This document shows, piece after piece, positions 10,034-21,003 of a stretch of DNA of 64,000 nt (position 1 is the first letter of the stretch; the number at the start of each line of letters is the position of its first letter). The notes below the pieces were generated by a model, which ran no database searches, was not told where the DNA came from, and saw only the letters and a list, made by a program, of their open reading frames with translations. The translations under genes and the position numbers were made by a program. The DNA is from a plasmid, in sequence record NZ_CP092205.1, one strand, 5' to 3'.

Positions 10034-10607
10034 GAATTCGATTGAGTTCGGTGAGTTGTAAGTCGGATAACTTGTTTAAGTCGTTTGTGAGAACGTAAGT
10101 CGCGCCTCTGTCCGGCGTGACAATTGATGAAACAGCTTTGGTATCGGGTCCGGGAAGGATGATGCCGAGATCGCTTGCGGATACGTCGGTTGCAAAACCT
10201 AACTCGTCACAACGAAGAATTGCGAAATCTGGCCTTGGAAAGATCTCTCCAATTTTTGGAATCGTAGGTTCGTTTGAAAGAACGTAACCGATGATATAAC
10301 CGACAAATTCCGAATCGGACATTCCGGAAGGTCGTTGGATTCCGAGTAACTCGGACCATTTTTCTAGGAAGTGTTGTTCGGCACCCGATAAAACTGCGCT
10401 CTTGACCGCAAGATCCTGATATCTAAGATGCCACTCTACGGAGTTGTAAATCGCACCGACATTGATATCGTTTATATTCGAGACAGGAGTTAGTTCAGGA
10501 CGAGAAGGATCACCGAACAGTTCTTTGAAAATTGGGTCGGTTTCATTGAACTGAGGAAGACCATCCAGTAATTTGTTTTCATGTGGCATATTAAGACGGC
10601 TCCACAC
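9990..10607 (-). CDS. putative baseplate/tail protein (gpI-like position)
   Basis: 205 aa immediately downstream of and overlapping the J-like gene. Confidence 0.35.
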   Translation of the reverse strand: MWSRLNMPHENKLLDGLPQFNETDPIFKELFGDPSRPELTPVSNINDINVGAIYNSVEWHLRYQDLAVKSAVLSGAEQHFLEKWSELLGIQRPSGMSDSEFVGYIIGYVLSNEPTIPKIGEIFPRPDFAILRCDELGFATDVSASDLGIILPGPDTKAVSSIVTPDRGATYVLTNDLNKLSDLQLTELNRILAAGVAAFAGETDG

Positions 10608-11787
10608 GAGTTACGGTTCCTGAGATGATTCCTCCGGAAGTTCCGCCGGTTCTTGGAAGATCCACAGTTGGAACAGAAATATCACTCGGAGGTGGAAGAG
10701 GGAAAGGAACCGGATCGGATGCGAGTTTTCCATAAAACTCGGTAATGTTTACTTTGTAAAAATCCGGATGAGCTTTTAAGATCGTTCCCTCGATTTGTTT
10801 TAACAAAACGTCGAAGCCAACTGGTAAAGTATTGAGATATAGAGTAAGCCGATTTTGTGCGATATCTAAGGCTTGTTCGTTTGAAAGTTGAGATTCGTTT
10901 TGAATTTGTAAATCATACTTAACTGTAATTCCAAGAACTGGAATTCTAAAAACTGCGACAAATGTTCCGGCGGCCGCAAAGCCCGGAAAGTTTTCTGGAT
11001 CCGTTAGATCCCCTTCAATCGTTTTCTGGACAAAATCAAGAAGACTTTGAGGAGGATTGGAAGTTCCGTCCGAAATATAAAGATTGATCCAACCGATTTC
11101 AAACGCACCTGAAAATGGATTCACGTTTGTCGTAAGTTGAATTCCAGCCACTCCGGGAATTGAGGTCGCTGCTGTATAGATTCCGAGCGGAGTAGAGCGA
11201 CCAAGAGAAACGATAAAATTGCGAAAACGACGGAGTCTATTTTCTTCGCTTTCAATATTAGTTCCGCCCGCGAAATCACTCGGATTCCAGATCCTTGTAT
11301 TTGGCGGAACTTGTACGTTTACAGAACCAAGTCCTTCTTGTGTATCAATCGAAAGCCGAGTAATGTTATAATCTTTCCCTGGGTTCTTGGCTCTGATTTC
11401 GATTTCAACGGAAGATTCTCCAACGGGGATTGTAACGGGCGCAATGGATTCATAAACGAGACCGAAGAGATCAAGTGTGAAAATCCCAATATTTACAGGA
11501 CTCGTATGGCCTGAGTGATCGATTCGAAGAATTCCGATCGCCTTTAAACCGGGCAATCTCGTAAATCCGAATGCGTTATATACTCCCTCCCTGATCGAAT
11601 AATCGAATCCGTTCAGAGTCCTTACATCACCTTCCGCAAGAACTGAGGCAATTGTCGCAATCCAAGTTGAGATTCTGGATCCCGGATTGAAATTTGATAA
11701 CCGGGAGCCACTGGCGAGTAAGCTATTTTGTTGAGCCGTTTTGTATTCGAGTTCCGTTTTAGGAATATAAGGTACGGGAGTTCCCAT
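10591..11787 (-). CDS. baseplate J-like protein
   Basis: 398 aa; size, position and general similarity to gpJ/gp47 baseplate wedge proteins. Confidence 0.5.
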   Translation of the reverse strand: MGTPVPYIPKTELEYKTAQQNSLLASGSRLSNFNPGSRISTWIATIASVLAEGDVRTLNGFDYSIREGVYNAFGFTRLPGLKAIGILRIDHSGHTSPVNIGIFTLDLFGLVYESIAPVTIPVGESSVEIEIRAKNPGKDYNITRLSIDTQEGLGSVNVQVPPNTRIWNPSDFAGGTNIESEENRLRRFRNFIVSLGRSTPLGIYTAATSIPGVAGIQLTTNVNPFSGAFEIGWINLYISDGTSNPPQSLLDFVQKTIEGDLTDPENFPGFAAAGTFVAVFRIPVLGITVKYDLQIQNESQLSNEQALDIAQNRLTLYLNTLPVGFDVLLKQIEGTILKAHPDFYKVNITEFYGKLASDPVPFPLPPPSDISVPTVDLPRTGGTSGGIISGTVTRVEPS

Positions 11788-11856
11788 ACATGAAAACGTA
11801 ACTCGATTTCAAAAATCGGACATCCGATAGGGTGAAAGAATTTATTCTTCCAAGCG

Positions 11857-13806
11857 ATGGGAGTTCTCGATTCGGTTTCTGGATTCGGCGGAGGTGTAGC
11901 AGATGGTGCGAAATCCGCTTTTAATTCTGTTACGGGTGGAGCGTTTTCCGGAAGTTTAGCACCGACTTACCAACCGCAGAATGTATTTTCTCTCTCCTTT
12001 TATGAAAAACAAAACAACGGTTCCTATAATCTCACGGACGGGAATGTCGTTTCGAATGAATATTTTTTTGTAAATGGTCCGCTTCAATATACGGAGAATT
12101 TTAAATACCGCGTAGGGATTGAAAAAACTTTCGGCGGAGTCGTGGTCGTTGACTATGGACCGGACAACCACGAGATTAAACTGGAAGGTGAGTTTCACAT
12201 TTACCACCTGGGACTTCCTGCAAAACCCAGGTCTGCGATTCCGGGAGATACGGGCGCGGGTTTTATTCAATCCGCATTTTCAGCCGCCAAAAGTATCGTT
12301 TCGAATACTGTAAGTAGCTATTATGATAAAATCAGAAGCAGTTATCTAAGCCTTGGAGGAGGGGATTTCCGATCGGGATTGCAAGAATTCCAGGATTTTA
12401 TGTTCATCCTGCACTATTCCAGAAATCTTGACCCGGTACAATATACGTCAAACGATCCTCAAGGTTCAAAGATTGCAAAACTTTTTAGAGAAAGAAGGCT
12501 GACTTGGAAGAGTCACGCGATGATTTTTCGCGACTATGACCGAAACCGAACCGTTGAGGTCGTTGTTCCGTCTAGTGGATTTACGATTACTCGTTCCGTC
12601 TCCGATACAAACACGTACAAATATTCGTTGAATCTGGTTGTTGTACGTGAACTTGATTCTTCCATTACGAGTCAGCTCATCCGAAGTAATTTCAATCCGT
12701 TTAGAACAATTTCAGGACTCATGAACGAGTTAGAAAATATCGTAAATCTCCCTTTGCAGTTGTCGGGTGCGCTTCTTGGAGTCGCGCGAGGTGTTCAAGT
12801 TTTTGCTAACTCTTCCAAAAGACTTCTCTCTTCTTGGGATCGGATGAAAAATCAGTTTAACGCGCAAGGAAAGTTAGCACGAAAAACCTTCGAGAGTGCC
12901 AAAGCCGACCTTGGGATAAAATCAAAAAAACGGGGATTTAACGCTGAAGAAATCTCACAAAGAATTGACGACGCATACAAAAAATCAAGATCGAACGAAG
13001 CGGATTTTAGACAAAGTTTAGAGAAAACGTCTATGGATTGTAATGCCTTAATTTCTCTTATCGCACAATTTACGGTTCCGGTTCAAACGGGAGGATCGTA
13101 TGAATCGATGTCCCTACAACCGAACGCGGATTTGAGTGCTTGGATTGATAACGACGTTTACCAGTTTGCATTGACGGTAAATCAGATTCTTTTAGAAACA
13201 CAAAGCGCAATCAATCAGGCGGCTGTTGACAATGAATTTTCCATACATTACGTTTCATCGGGTGATACCTGGGAAAAGGTCGCAGCGAAAAAATTAGGGG
13301 ACGCGACTTTAGGCCAAGCACTTGCGCTTTATAACGGACAACATGAAACGACCATTCTTGCAAGCCGCGCGATTAAAATCCCCTTTGGGACAAAGACAAA
13401 TGTGTTTACGGTTTTACCGGACAATCCGACGCCAAGAGATTTAGAAATCGCACTTCTTGGATGCGATATAAAGCTCACGGAAAATCGAGGGATTGATATT
13501 TCGCCAACGGGTGATTTAGCAATTGTGGAAGGTGACGAAGCTCTTGTGAATGAGAAGCTCGATCATATCGATATTGTAATAGGATCGATTCCGGGAAGTC
13601 CGGAGCTTGGGAATCCTATCGTTTGGGGTGAAACTCTGGATGAAATTTTCAGTAAGGGATCTATTCAACAGCTAATACAACAGTTTAAGTCGGATCCAAG
13701 AGTGAATGACGCTCGCTTTCTGGGAGTATTACAAGATGGGGACAAGATTTTATTTCGCTTTTATTTGGAATCTATTTCAGGTGGGAGTAACGTCTTGTCA
13801 ACATGA
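11857..13806 (+). CDS. tail/baseplate protein with LysM-like domain
   Basis: IHYVSSGDTWEKVAAKKLGDATLGQALALYNG resembles a LysM motif; 649 aa upstream of the spike gene. Confidence 0.45.
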   Translation: MGVLDSVSGFGGGVADGAKSAFNSVTGGAFSGSLAPTYQPQNVFSLSFYEKQNNGSYNLTDGNVVSNEYFFVNGPLQYTENFKYRVGIEKTFGGVVVVDYGPDNHEIKLEGEFHIYHLGLPAKPRSAIPGDTGAGFIQSAFSAAKSIVSNTVSSYYDKIRSSYLSLGGGDFRSGLQEFQDFMFILHYSRNLDPVQYTSNDPQGSKIAKLFRERRLTWKSHAMIFRDYDRNRTVEVVVPSSGFTITRSVSDTNTYKYSLNLVVVRELDSSITSQLIRSNFNPFRTISGLMNELENIVNLPLQLSGALLGVARGVQVFANSSKRLLSSWDRMKNQFNAQGKLARKTFESAKADLGIKSKKRGFNAEEISQRIDDAYKKSRSNEADFRQSLEKTSMDCNALISLIAQFTVPVQTGGSYESMSLQPNADLSAWIDNDVYQFALTVNQILLETQSAINQAAVDNEFSIHYVSSGDTWEKVAAKKLGDATLGQALALYNGQHETTILASRAIKIPFGTKTNVFTVLPDNPTPRDLEIALLGCDIKLTENRGIDISPTGDLAIVEGDEALVNEKLDHIDIVIGSIPGSPELGNPIVWGETLDEIFSKGSIQQLIQQFKSDPRVNDARFLGVLQDGDKILFRFYLESISGGSNVLST

Positions 13807-14522
13807 GAGGTACTTTTTCTAACGATCCATTTGATTGGCAGGAAAAACCACAGTCTCCGGACGCGAGGATGACTCCTCCGATGCTTGCAACCGTAACCGA
13901 CGTCTTTCCTCGATTTCGTGCAAATGTTTTGACTACATTTGGAGAACCATTTCAAAAAGTTCGATACTTTGGACCTGCATTGAAACAAGGAGGAAATGCA
14001 CATGGTAGAGCCTTTGGTCTTAAAAAAAATCAGCTCGTATTGCTTGAGTTTATTGGAGGTTCTTTTCGCGCTCCTATCATCACTCAAGTTTTCCCTTTTT
14101 CTACCAAGGATTTCGACTTATCCAATATTCAGGACTTCTGGAATAAATATTCTTTTATCAACCCGGAGACAGACATAATTGATTTTCACGAGTCTGGCTA
14201 CGCGGTTCGTCAAACGACGAATAAGATAGAGGTTTATGACGATTCACAAGAAGTCGTATTAGAACTTGATTTTACATCCAAAAAAGCGACTCTCACATTT
14301 GAAAACGTAAAGATAAATTCTAAAGTTCAAATCAACGGGGATACAAAAATTGTGGGAAAAACTACCTTTGAAGGAGACTTGGATATAACTGGAAAAGTCG
14401 AAGCTACCGAAAAGATTATTTCAGATGTCGATGTGATCGCGGCGGGAACCTCTTTAAAAGAACACAACCATCTTTATAACCCAGGTCCATTGCCTCCTAC
14501 AAAGACTAGTCCTCCGATATGA
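13803..14522 (+). CDS. baseplate spike protein (gpV / Mu gp45-like)
   Basis: GGNAHGRAFGLKKNQLVLLEFIGGSFRAPIITQVF matches the gpV OB-fold motif; C-terminal KINSKVQINGDTKIVGKTTFEGDLDITGKV beta-helix repeats. Confidence 0.55.
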   Translation: MRGTFSNDPFDWQEKPQSPDARMTPPMLATVTDVFPRFRANVLTTFGEPFQKVRYFGPALKQGGNAHGRAFGLKKNQLVLLEFIGGSFRAPIITQVFPFSTKDFDLSNIQDFWNKYSFINPETDIIDFHESGYAVRQTTNKIEVYDDSQEVVLELDFTSKKATLTFENVKINSKVQINGDTKIVGKTTFEGDLDITGKVEATEKIISDVDVIAAGTSLKEHNHLYNPGPLPPTKTSPPI

Positions 14523-14545
14523 CCTAATCCGTTACGATTTTCTCT

Positions 14546-16114
14546 GTGTCGACTCAAGTGTTCGATCCGGACAAAATAGAAAAGATAACAGAGCGAAGGG
14601 GTATTGGTTTTCCGCCAAAATCGTTTGCGATCGAGGTCCATTTACCTGGATCATCCAGTAGTATTTTCTTTCCCGTAGAACACGTTACGACTATCAAATC
14701 TCATCGTTCCATTTCCGCGCAAAGGGGAGGAATCGCGCTTACAATTCCCTACCAAGAAGGATACTTCGTTCAACGAAATGCAGATACTCCTCTGCCTTTA
14801 TCTCAAATCAAAGAGGGAGAATTTTTAAGATTCAGAGATATATTTCCGGTTAGGAGTATCGTTTTTATTTATTACGATAACGGATCAGGCAATTCAGAGG
14901 AAAGTAGGTTTAACAAGTTAAACGTTGGAAAGGTAAAATCTGCGTCTAGAGAATATTCGGCCGATGGAAAAAGTTTTGTAAGCGTGACTATTTCACCGAT
15001 TGAAACCCTTCTTTCCGACACCGACTTTTTTATCGACTATCAAAGAACGGAAGGAGAACCACCCACTCGGACCCAAGAATCCTATGCCGGAGTGATCACA
15101 AAAGCGACGAAAGTATTTTTACAGGGACAGTTGTCCGATTTAATCAAAAACTTTTGGGATGAGTTTTTTTGTACATTGATGAACATTTCAAGGTATGCAG
15201 ATCATCCAGTACTTTCACCGACTACAGAAAACGATCCCGATTCTATTTTAACGATCCTTCTTCCAAAAAAAGCATACACGGAATATTTCACATACGAATC
15301 TCAAGTGCTATCGAGTTTTTCAATCGGCTCGTACGTCAACTTTTGGGAAATACTAAGATCGTATGTTTCTGAACCTCTCTACGAATTGTTCGTGGATCCA
15401 CTCCAAACCTTTCAAATCGACGGAATGTATGGGAAGGGGGTTTCTTTAGGTGAGATAGGATCGAATATGATCGAAGAATACGAAGTAGGAAGAAAGGAGG
15501 CCCAGGTAGTTTTCAGGCCAACCCCTTTTTACATGTTTGGGAAGGACGGGAAATACCGGGATTTAAAAACGTCGAATATCGACGCTTGTTATTATTTAGC
15601 CTTTGATGATCTCAAGAATTATCGAATCGAAGATTCGGAAGATTCGATTATCGCGGGTGTTCACGTAATTCAAAATACATTTCAACAATTTGGAACTGTT
15701 CTTTCCGAACCGAAATACGAAGACAGACTTCGTTCAATTTTCGGTCCAAAGCTGCTTCATGTAAAGATGGCCGGACTCGTTTTTAAAGAGGAAAATCTAA
15801 ACGAGACAAACAAAGAAAACTACAAAGGTGAACTCGCTAAAATTCGCGATATGCTCTTTAATATTTTCTGCGATATCGAAGAGTTAAAAATTGCCAGTGG
15901 TTCTTTTGATCTTCCTTTTATTCCATTACGTCCGGGAATGCCCTTTCGTATCGTAATGGACGCTTCTAAAAAATATCCGATACCGGAAGACGAGATCAGT
16001 GAGTTTGGATATATCACAGACGTGATCGATGAATTCTCTCCGGGTCAAGCGAAAGCAAATACGAACGTATCGTTCAAATGGAGTCCTACGTCCACTTCGG
16101 CGTATACTGAGTGA
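14546..16114 (+). CDS. hypothetical structural protein
   Basis: 522 aa following the spike gene. Confidence 0.4.
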   Translation: MSTQVFDPDKIEKITERRGIGFPPKSFAIEVHLPGSSSSIFFPVEHVTTIKSHRSISAQRGGIALTIPYQEGYFVQRNADTPLPLSQIKEGEFLRFRDIFPVRSIVFIYYDNGSGNSEESRFNKLNVGKVKSASREYSADGKSFVSVTISPIETLLSDTDFFIDYQRTEGEPPTRTQESYAGVITKATKVFLQGQLSDLIKNFWDEFFCTLMNISRYADHPVLSPTTENDPDSILTILLPKKAYTEYFTYESQVLSSFSIGSYVNFWEILRSYVSEPLYELFVDPLQTFQIDGMYGKGVSLGEIGSNMIEEYEVGRKEAQVVFRPTPFYMFGKDGKYRDLKTSNIDACYYLAFDDLKNYRIEDSEDSIIAGVHVIQNTFQQFGTVLSEPKYEDRLRSIFGPKLLHVKMAGLVFKEENLNETNKENYKGELAKIRDMLFNIFCDIEELKIASGSFDLPFIPLRPGMPFRIVMDASKKYPIPEDEISEFGYITDVIDEFSPGQAKANTNVSFKWSPTSTSAYTE

Positions 16115-16193
16115 AAAAAAGGAATCCTTTTTGATTTCACTGACTTGAAAATCAAGCTCCGATAGCCTTCGTTCTTTCATACTTTCGGGCAGA

Positions 16194-19100
16194 ATGTCGT
16201 CTATCCGTGAAGTTGTTAAATCCACATTGCAAGTCTTAAAATCGAAGGAAAAGCCGGTAGGCTGGCCTTCGACTCATGCCGACGGTTCTGTTTGGCGAAA
16301 GGTAAAACCTTCCGGAGAGAAGGGGGCCTGGGCGATGATTAAATCGCCTTCGCAAGCACGAGCTTCCAAGATCATTGCGGATACGGTAAAGAAGATCGAA
16401 CATTCTCCTAAAGAAACAAACAAAAATAGCGAACCGCCTTCAATCGAAGAAAAACCGTTCACCCTCATTTCAGAAAAAGTACAAAAACCAAAAAAACAAA
16501 CCCTCTCTTCTGAACCGAATCTTTTCAATATAGCACCGAAGACAGAAAGAAAATACTTAAACCAAAATTACAAACCCAACTACTTCCCTGAATCGATTCG
16601 TGACTTAGGAGATTTTATCACACAGGTAAAAAATACGCTTTTAGACGCGGGACTTGACAAACGAGCCAGTGAGTTCGTTGATCTCGCTTACAAGGGAGAA
16701 AACAATCTAAATAGTCTTTTAAACATTTCTTACAAATTTGTAAGTATCTCCTCTGAAAGCGTAAATAAGATCATTCGTTTCTTAATTTCTTCAAAAGTTC
16801 AAGAAACAAAAAGATCACTTTCAGAGGCCATGCTTGGAAATGAGAATGCGGCCGGTGAGCATGACGTAAAGGAACCCAAAACCTCAAAACTCACGTCGGA
16901 TTCGCTTTCCGGAATTGTCGTTCAATTACAGGACTCTGAATTAAATCCGGATGACAGTTTATACGTTGAAAGACTCAAAGAATCCGTAGAAAAAAAACTC
17001 ATTCCTCTCGCTATATCGGCAAAGATAAACGACGCTCTTTCGAAACTTATAGAAAAAGAACCTTCGATCGTTTTAAAGATTATTCGAAACTATGTAACTG
17101 AATCTCTTCTCAATTATAACGCGAAAATCAAACCAAAACCAATTGATGATACCTCGCTAGTAAAACGCGCAGTTCTATCCACAAAGTTTAGAAACTTAGC
17201 CGATTCGATGGAAGAATCGATTCGTAACAAAGAAAGCCCACCCATTTCAAGGCAAAATGTAACTTTTCGCAGAGCGAGAATTGCAGATGCTATGTATGAA
17301 GACACCAAACAAATGCGGGACATTCAATCTGCGTTACGGGGAATAGCGGATGAGATAGATTTAGGGACGTTTCCTGAGAATCTCAAAAAGATAAAAAGCA
17401 AGAAGGACATTGAACAAATTCTCAATGTTTCTCATTCACTAGACAATCACAGGAATAATCGAGATACACAAACTCAGAAGCCCCTCACCGAGAGATTATC
17501 AGTATGGTTTCGAAAAATAGAACCGCGATTTATTTCAGAAACAGAAACGAATCACATAACTGTTTCTGGTAATAATAAAATATACAGTCATAATCTGACC
17601 TGGGCATACAAAAACGGGCTGATTTCAAAGTCAGAACTAGAACAAGCAAAGAAGGTTCAAAAAACAATCGGTTCCTATGAAGCCGAATTTATCGAATCTT
17701 CTAATTTGGAAGAAGTTGAGTCCTTGAAAAGACTCATGGATAAGTTTAATAAAATTGAACAGTGTCTTTATGCCCGTCCCGCAAAGCCAAATACAAAAAA
17801 CCCCGTAATTATAAAAGATAAACCCTATGAGTTATATTTTAAAGGAAATCCTTACTCGAACTATGCCGAAAGGTCGTTAGCTGTCCTTCGGTTAGGACTA
17901 AATACTTTTGAACAAGTCCATGAAGCCGGTCAGTATCTTCGCACCCTCATAGCAAAGAACAAAGACGGCGGATCCGATCCGAAGAAAATTGAAATTCGGA
18001 ATATGGAAAGGGAACTGATTGGAAATAAAATTCCAGGATTCTTTCCAACGCCAAAACCCTTAGCACAAAGACTTATCATTGAGGCAGATATTCAGCCTGG
18101 AATGGATGTTCTTGAACCCTCTGCCGGGAAAGGAGACTTAGCGGAAGTAATTTCGGAAGAGACAGGAATTCATCCTGATACGATTGAACCTATATTTTCC
18201 TTAAAGAACATTCTGCAAGCAAAAGGATATACGATTGTTGCGGACGATTTTTTAGATTTTGTGGATAGAAGGTATGATCGTATTCTAATGAATCCTCCGT
18301 TCGAGAAAGGATTAGATATTCGTCATGTATTACACGCCTATTCTCTACTCAAACCGGGCGGAAAACTCGTTGCAATCATGTCTGAAGGTCCGTTTTTTCG
18401 GGCGGATATTAAGTCACAGGAATTTCGAAAGTGGTTAACTGAAAAAAGAGGATCGTCTGAAAAGTTACCGGAAGGTTCTTTTACTGGAAAAGATTCTTTC
18501 AGACAAACCGGAGTCTCTACTCGCTTAGTAACTCTTACCAAGCATACAGATGATATTTTGTATCATAAAAATATGTCTGGAGGAATCTCACGCACCTTCG
18601 TTGATAACTACCAACCGGAATTGAATGTTTCGAATCGGGGAGTTGCGAGTAATTCGAATGATTGGACTTTAAAATTACCAACTGATGGAGATAAATTAGA
18701 AGACTGGCCAGTTCGATTTAAAACAAAAACCGAAGCGATCGATCAAGGTATAAGATCAAAACGCCTTATTCAGAAATATTTTTCAGAGCCGGAAGAATAT
18801 GGAAAAATCGTAAAACCGGCGGATCCAAATGTTCGTTCTGAAGCGATGAAAGGAAATCAGAATGCAGTCGGTGAACATATCGTTGAAGTGGGAATTCAAG
18901 GAATTTTGGATGAAAGAAATGCTATCCCACCGCAATCAAACACTACACTTATAAAAGAAACGGTAAAGTCCGTAAAACAAAAGTCCTTTAATTCCGTTTC
19001 TGAAATATTAGATGATAGGGAAAAAAACAAGGAATTCAAAGATGCAAATACTCGCGTAGAAGGTTCGAAGAAAGAAAGAGCCGCACTCTCAAAATTACTT

Positions 19101-20948
19101 TCCTATGCGGATATTTCAAATATGGATTTCGTAACAGCCGAACGAGTCGTAAAGAAAGATCGAGTGATAACTCCATTCAACGCTAGAGAACGTAAAGAAA
19201 AAGGGGAAAGTGCAGGGCTTACCTATTTAAAAGCAAAAATTTATGAAGCAATAGCGTCTAAACCTGCCGATTCTCCTTTTGCACGGGAACAATACGTTAA
19301 AAATTTAGAAAAGATTATGGCGCCTATTTTTAACGCCAAAACCATCAATGAAATACAAAGTTATTCTTTGAATTTTGTTGAGATTAGTCCTTACGATTTA
19401 AGCAATAAATTTGGAGAGGTTATGAACTCTCTTAAATCAAAATTAAATGGAATTACTGAGAACGAAAAAAACATTCTAAAGGAAGAATATCAAAAACTCT
19501 TTGCTGAAATTATCCCTGGCTCCGAGGTATTAGTTGATAGAATTCTTAATGGAAAAGTGATTAACTCTTATGATTTTCGTAAAGAAATCATGGTCTTTTT
19601 AAAGAAACCTTCCTATCGTTTCGATAACGATCCAAATTTGATTGTACATTCTACTGTATTTGGAGACAAACTGATTAACCTTCTCCGGAGGAGAACCGAT
19701 TCCGGAAAAAATATTTGGAATAATGCAAAGCTTTTTGAACCACTTGGTGAGCAAGAAGCAAAGGCACAGTATGAAAAGTATTGCAATAATTTTCTACGCG
19801 AAGATAAAGAGTATATCGAGCGTGTGAAAAAGAAATATCCAACGTTTGAAGATTATTTTCGTAAACGTTTTCAAAATGCTATAGGTAGAAGAGAGTTTGC
19901 TGAAAAAAAATATGCTTATGCAATTAATTTTAAAAAACCTCATTCCCGCGAAGAATGGGCAAAAGATCCAAAAAATCAAGTGAGGGAAAACAATTGGGAT
20001 TGGTTGGATAAAAAACGTTCAATCGGGACAAAGGGATCCGGCTATGAAATTCATGGCGGTTCACCACTTCCAAAGCTCATACGTGCCAATGGACGTATCG
20101 TTAAACCCAATGAAATTGCATCCGATCGATTGACTCAAGATTGGGGTTTTAAATCCGTACAATTTGGAAATTATATGGATGATCGAACTTCCCGAGAACA
20201 TATTACTCGTTTCGTATGTGCTTTAAAAGATTTAGAAGACGCTTTAGAAATGGATCTGTCTAAAGTGATCCATGAAGGAAATTTAAGCATGTCTTTTGGA
20301 GCTCGTGGAATTGGAAAGGCAATGGCTCATTATGAACCAGGATACAGAATCATAAATCTAACAAAGAAAAAAGGGGATGGAACTTTTGCTCACGAATTCG
20401 GGCATTTTTTAGATCACTTGGCTACAGGAAAAGAAGCCAACCGAGGTGGAAGTCATTACGTTAGCGAAGATTTTCAAGGGTCATTTGGCGATTCTGCTCG
20501 AGTTTTGATGAATGCTATTCGAAAATCACCTTCAGGAAAAAATACAAACTACTTTATTTCAGCGCAGAAAATCGGATCAAAATATTGGTCAAAACCAAGG
20601 GAATTATTCGCAAGGGCTTTTGAATCTTACGTTGAAGACAAAATGAAAGCGAAAGGAATGAAAAACAATTATCTGGTTGCCCCAAATACAGTCGGCGATC
20701 CTGATTCATTGACGGATGGCGAACTTAGGGAACTTGCTTATCCACAAAGAGAAGAAAGGATTCGAATTTATAACGCGTTTGAGGTTTTTTTTAGAGAAAT
20801 GAAGCTTCAAAAAAACTGGGTGAAACCATTCGATTCAAACACTCAACGAATTTCTTTGGTAGAAGAAAACCTAGATACGGTTGGTGATATTGTAAAACAA
20901 AAGAAAAAAAGAAAATCTGCGGTAGAAGACCAAGAAACTTTATTATAA
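16194..20948 (+). CDS. phage polyvalent protein: N6-adenine DNA methyltransferase domain + HExxH zincin-like metallopeptidase domain
   Basis: LEPSAGKGDL (SAM motif I) and ILMNPPF (NPPF motif IV) at ~aa 630-700. TFAHEFGHFLDH near the C-terminus. Internal repeats NENAAGEHDVKEP / NQNAVGEHIVEVG. N-terminal LLDAGLDKRASEFVDLAY is shared with the ORF at 4648. 1584 aa. Confidence 0.6.
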   Translation: MSSIREVVKSTLQVLKSKEKPVGWPSTHADGSVWRKVKPSGEKGAWAMIKSPSQARASKIIADTVKKIEHSPKETNKNSEPPSIEEKPFTLISEKVQKPKKQTLSSEPNLFNIAPKTERKYLNQNYKPNYFPESIRDLGDFITQVKNTLLDAGLDKRASEFVDLAYKGENNLNSLLNISYKFVSISSESVNKIIRFLISSKVQETKRSLSEAMLGNENAAGEHDVKEPKTSKLTSDSLSGIVVQLQDSELNPDDSLYVERLKESVEKKLIPLAISAKINDALSKLIEKEPSIVLKIIRNYVTESLLNYNAKIKPKPIDDTSLVKRAVLSTKFRNLADSMEESIRNKESPPISRQNVTFRRARIADAMYEDTKQMRDIQSALRGIADEIDLGTFPENLKKIKSKKDIEQILNVSHSLDNHRNNRDTQTQKPLTERLSVWFRKIEPRFISETETNHITVSGNNKIYSHNLTWAYKNGLISKSELEQAKKVQKTIGSYEAEFIESSNLEEVESLKRLMDKFNKIEQCLYARPAKPNTKNPVIIKDKPYELYFKGNPYSNYAERSLAVLRLGLNTFEQVHEAGQYLRTLIAKNKDGGSDPKKIEIRNMERELIGNKIPGFFPTPKPLAQRLIIEADIQPGMDVLEPSAGKGDLAEVISEETGIHPDTIEPIFSLKNILQAKGYTIVADDFLDFVDRRYDRILMNPPFEKGLDIRHVLHAYSLLKPGGKLVAIMSEGPFFRADIKSQEFRKWLTEKRGSSEKLPEGSFTGKDSFRQTGVSTRLVTLTKHTDDILYHKNMSGGISRTFVDNYQPELNVSNRGVASNSNDWTLKLPTDGDKLEDWPVRFKTKTEAIDQGIRSKRLIQKYFSEPEEYGKIVKPADPNVRSEAMKGNQNAVGEHIVEVGIQGILDERNAIPPQSNTTLIKETVKSVKQKSFNSVSEILDDREKNKEFKDANTRVEGSKKERAALSKLLSYADISNMDFVTAERVVKKDRVITPFNARERKEKGESAGLTYLKAKIYEAIASKPADSPFAREQYVKNLEKIMAPIFNAKTINEIQSYSLNFVEISPYDLSNKFGEVMNSLKSKLNGITENEKNILKEEYQKLFAEIIPGSEVLVDRILNGKVINSYDFRKEIMVFLKKPSYRFDNDPNLIVHSTVFGDKLINLLRRRTDSGKNIWNNAKLFEPLGEQEAKAQYEKYCNNFLREDKEYIERVKKKYPTFEDYFRKRFQNAIGRREFAEKKYAYAINFKKPHSREEWAKDPKNQVRENNWDWLDKKRSIGTKGSGYEIHGGSPLPKLIRANGRIVKPNEIASDRLTQDWGFKSVQFGNYMDDRTSREHITRFVCALKDLEDALEMDLSKVIHEGNLSMSFGARGIGKAMAHYEPGYRIINLTKKKGDGTFAHEFGHFLDHLATGKEANRGGSHYVSEDFQGSFGDSARVLMNAIRKSPSGKNTNYFISAQKIGSKYWSKPRELFARAFESYVEDKMKAKGMKNNYLVAPNTVGDPDSLTDGELRELAYPQREERIRIYNAFEVFFREMKLQKNWVKPFDSNTQRISLVEENLDTVGDIVKQKKKRKSAVEDQETLL

Positions 20949-21003
20949 TCTAAAAAATTCCGATTTATTTCGCTTTGCTATTTTTATTCGAGGGAAACTT
21001 TAA

